DNA of 64,000 nucleotides from Elusimicrobiota bacterium (GTDB lineage Bacteria; Elusimicrobiota; UBA8919): NCBI GenBank assembly GCA_041658185.1, contig JBBAAR010000001.1, positions 122,400 to 186,399 of the forward strand, read 5' to 3'. Shown piece by piece: positions 61,943 to 64,000 of this stretch (position 1 is its first letter; each line of letters starts with the position of its first letter). The notes under the pieces were generated by a model. It saw only the letters and a program-made list of their open reading frames with translations, ran no database searches and was not told where the DNA came from. The position numbers and the translations under genes were made by a program.

Positions 61943-62401
61943 TCAGCGCTTCTTATCTGCGTAATCAGTATCCACTTCAAAAAGCGGCTGCCCGTATTCA
62001 ACCGGATGATTATCGGCGACTAATACCTTTACGATAATTCCTGCAACTTGTGAAGTTACTTCTTTCATAACCTTCATCGCTTCAACTATACCGACCTTCT
62101 GGTCTATTGATACAAAATCACCTTCTTCAACGAGCGGCTTCCCGCCGGGCGTCGCTGAACGCAAAAATGTTCCAACCATTGTTGATTTAATCTGATTTGA
62201 AGATGATGAAATTTTGGGAATTGATTCTTTATCACGCAGCTTTGATTCTTCCGTAATGATTTTATCCGGCGACTCATCTGAAAAAGAAGAAATATCTCTC
62301 CTTCTGAAACCTGATTTTTCGCCGCCTTTTTCAAACCAGATTTCTTCTATATCGGTGTCTTTTATAGCGTCAAGAATTGATTTTATTTTTTCTATTTCCA
62401 T
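61943..62401 (-). CDS. accB: biotin carboxyl carrier protein
   Basis: VEAMKVMKEV biotinylation motif at the C-terminus. Confidence 0.85.
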   Translation of the reverse strand: MEIEKIKSILDAIKDTDIEEIWFEKGGEKSGFRRRDISSFSDESPDKIITEESKLRDKESIPKISSSSNQIKSTMVGTFLRSATPGGKPLVEEGDFVSIDQKVGIVEAMKVMKEVTSQVAGIIVKVLVADNHPVEYGQPLFEVDTDYADKKR

Positions 62402-62404
62402 AAA

Positions 62405-62968
62405 TTATTTGCTGACCCGTTCCACATATTCGCCGGTGCGCGTGTCAATTTTTACAATATCGCCCTCTTTAATAAAAAGCGGTACATTGACATCAATTCC
62501 GGTTTCAAGTGTAGCGGGTTTTGAGCCGCCGGTAACCGTATCACCCCTGAAGCCCGGAGCGGTTGAGACAACTTTTAATTCCACATTCAAAGGCAAATCC
62601 ATCGTTACTAATTTATCATCAATGTAAAGTGCTTCAACCTCTGCATCAGGTTTTAAGAATTTTACGAGATCGCCAAGTTTTTCCTTCTGCATCGCTATCT
62701 GCTCATAATTTTCCATATCCATAAAAGTATAATCATCGCCCGAAGAATACAGAAATTGTTTTTTCTTTCTGGATAATGAAACCTCTTCAAACTTTGTGCC
62801 CGATTTAAAAGTTGTCTCGGTAATCGCACCCGTCTCAAGATTTTTTAGCTTTGCACGCATTATTGCCCCGCCTTTTCCGGGTTTATGATGCTGAAACCAT
62901 ACAACGATACACGGCGAACCGTCCACCTTTATAGTTAGCCCATTTTTAAAATCAGAAGTATCTACCAT
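62405..62968 (-). CDS. efp: elongation factor P
   Basis: MVDTSDFKNGLTIKVDGSPCIVVWFQHHKPGKGGAIMRAKLKNLETG. Start preferred at the ATG at 62968. Confidence 0.85.
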   Translation of the reverse strand: MVDTSDFKNGLTIKVDGSPCIVVWFQHHKPGKGGAIMRAKLKNLETGAITETTFKSGTKFEEVSLSRKKKQFLYSSGDDYTFMDMENYEQIAMQKEKLGDLVKFLKPDAEVEALYIDDKLVTMDLPLNVELKVVSTAPGFRGDTVTGGSKPATLETGIDVNVPLFIKEGDIVKIDTRTGEYVERVSK

Positions 62969-63978
62969 TTTGTCAAAACCTCGCAACCGCTTTTTTTTAC
63001 TAAAACTGTGTCCTCTATGCGAACGCCGAATCTGTCGGGAATATAAATTCCCGGCTCAACCGTTACAACCATTCCTGCTTTTAATACCGTTTTGGATTTC
63101 GCAGAAACTGACGGCTCCTCGTGAATATCAATCCCCACGCCGTGGCCTGTTCCGTGAATAAAATATTTTCCGAAACCGTTTTTGATTATGAAATTCCTTG
63201 CAGCAAAATCAACTTCTTTACAAGATGCACCGTCTTTAATAACATTAATCGCTTTTTTTTGCGCCTCGTTTACAACCTTAAATATGTTTTCAGCGTATTT
63301 ATTTATTTTACCTAAAAAAAATGTTCTTGTCAAGTCGGAATTATAACCGTCATAAACACAGCCCAAATCAATAAGAACTACATCGTTTTTTCGAATTTTT
63401 CTATTCGTCGGTTTATGGTGAGGGTCTGCGGCGTTATCGGACGATGCGACAATTATATCAAATGCCGATTTTTCAGCGCCGGATTTTCTTAAAAAATATT
63501 CCAATTCGTCGGCAAGTTCTTTTTCCGCAATTCCGATTTTAAGTTTTTTTTCGGCATATTCAATTGCTTTTTTAGAAATTTTACACGCAGTTTTTATTTT
63601 TTTAATTTCACTTTGGTCTTTTATCAGACGAATGTCTTCAATAAAATTTGAACAGCTTTCAAACTTAACACCTTTAATCTTTTTGAGTTTCTCCAAACGG
63701 GCAACTGAAATCCAGTTATCAAATCCTATTTTTTTATTTTTATATTTTTTCAAAAAACTATCGGACGCTATCTGTATTTTGCAATTCGCATATTTTTCCG
63801 CCGACGGATAACTTAACTCCGACACAACCAAGTATATATCTTTTCGGGAAACAAAAACAAAAGAATTTTCCGCTCTAAAACCCGTTAGATAAAAAATGTT
63901 TGACGGGTTAAATGAAATAAACCCGTCCATCTTCTCCGAAACAATTTTCCTCTGTAAATTTTTTATTCTCAAATTCAT
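62962..63978 (-). CDS. M24-family Xaa-Pro aminopeptidase/dipeptidase
   Basis: HGTGHGVGIDIHEEP and the creatinase-like N-terminal domain. Confidence 0.75.
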   Translation of the reverse strand: MNLRIKNLQRKIVSEKMDGFISFNPSNIFYLTGFRAENSFVFVSRKDIYLVVSELSYPSAEKYANCKIQIASDSFLKKYKNKKIGFDNWISVARLEKLKKIKGVKFESCSNFIEDIRLIKDQSEIKKIKTACKISKKAIEYAEKKLKIGIAEKELADELEYFLRKSGAEKSAFDIIVASSDNAADPHHKPTNRKIRKNDVVLIDLGCVYDGYNSDLTRTFFLGKINKYAENIFKVVNEAQKKAINVIKDGASCKEVDFAARNFIIKNGFGKYFIHGTGHGVGIDIHEEPSVSAKSKTVLKAGMVVTVEPGIYIPDRFGVRIEDTVLVKKSGCEVLTKW

Positions 63979-64000
63979 TTATTTATAAGCTCTATTACGG

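Noticed and set aside
1-64000. Mobile element, prophage or integron boundaries (transposase, integrase, tRNA attachment site)
   Set aside because: No transposase, integrase, recombinase or tRNA genes are detectable in any frame. The island character rests only on gene content, strand bias and the repeats.

Overview
This 64-kb window comes from a diderm bacterium with about 42% GC. Secreted proteins carrying T9SS-type C-terminal sorting domains, and the OM barrel family, suggest an FCB-group or candidate-phylum lineage, which I cannot name from sequence alone.

Positions 1-50430 are almost entirely minus-strand genes forming an accessory-looking island. Its contents are:
- Tad/Flp-type pilus genes: a TadB/C-like gene cut off by the window start, a CpaE-CpaF fusion ATPase, and CpaB.
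- Two full-length ComEC/Rec2 DNA channels and three standalone secreted ComEC-type metallo-beta-lactamase domains.
- Eight FadL/PorV-like outer-membrane beta-barrels, three of them fused to periplasmic ComEA helix-hairpin-helix DNA-binding domains.
- Secreted nucleases: an S1/P1-like enzyme, a PLD/HKD enzyme, and a membrane-anchored Cas4-like PD-(D/E)xK protein.
- Lamin-tail-domain surface proteins, including a 2290-aa giant.
- An M6 metalloprotease, a secreted tandem-SpoVG protein, and a UvrD-family helicase.
- A nucleoside and DNA-end processing block: adenosine deaminase, MTA phosphorylase, a DHH phosphoesterase, and two Endo-IV-like TIM barrels each paired with a P-loop kinase.

Nearly every gene junction in the island carries a characteristic element. 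Short tandem repeats (five sequence families) are followed 30-100 bp later by their inverted copies, and the element overlaps the start codon and signal-peptide coding region. Two of these elements have a four-helix-bundle gene of the 23S-rRNA-intervening-sequence protein family sitting exactly in the loop. A separate family of REP-like palindromes with GNRA or UUCG-type hairpins follows many gene ends.

The last 14 kb (50.5-64 kb) is ordinary housekeeping: nadK, recN, two GGDEF cyclases, thiC, ADP-heptose genes, accBC, efp and an M24 peptidase.

I read the island as a previously undescribed system for capturing, importing and catabolising extracellular DNA. It appears to be built on Tad-type pili and OM-barrel-ComEA fusions rather than a type IV pilus secretin. 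There is no rRNA, tRNA, CRISPR array, transposase or integrase in the window.
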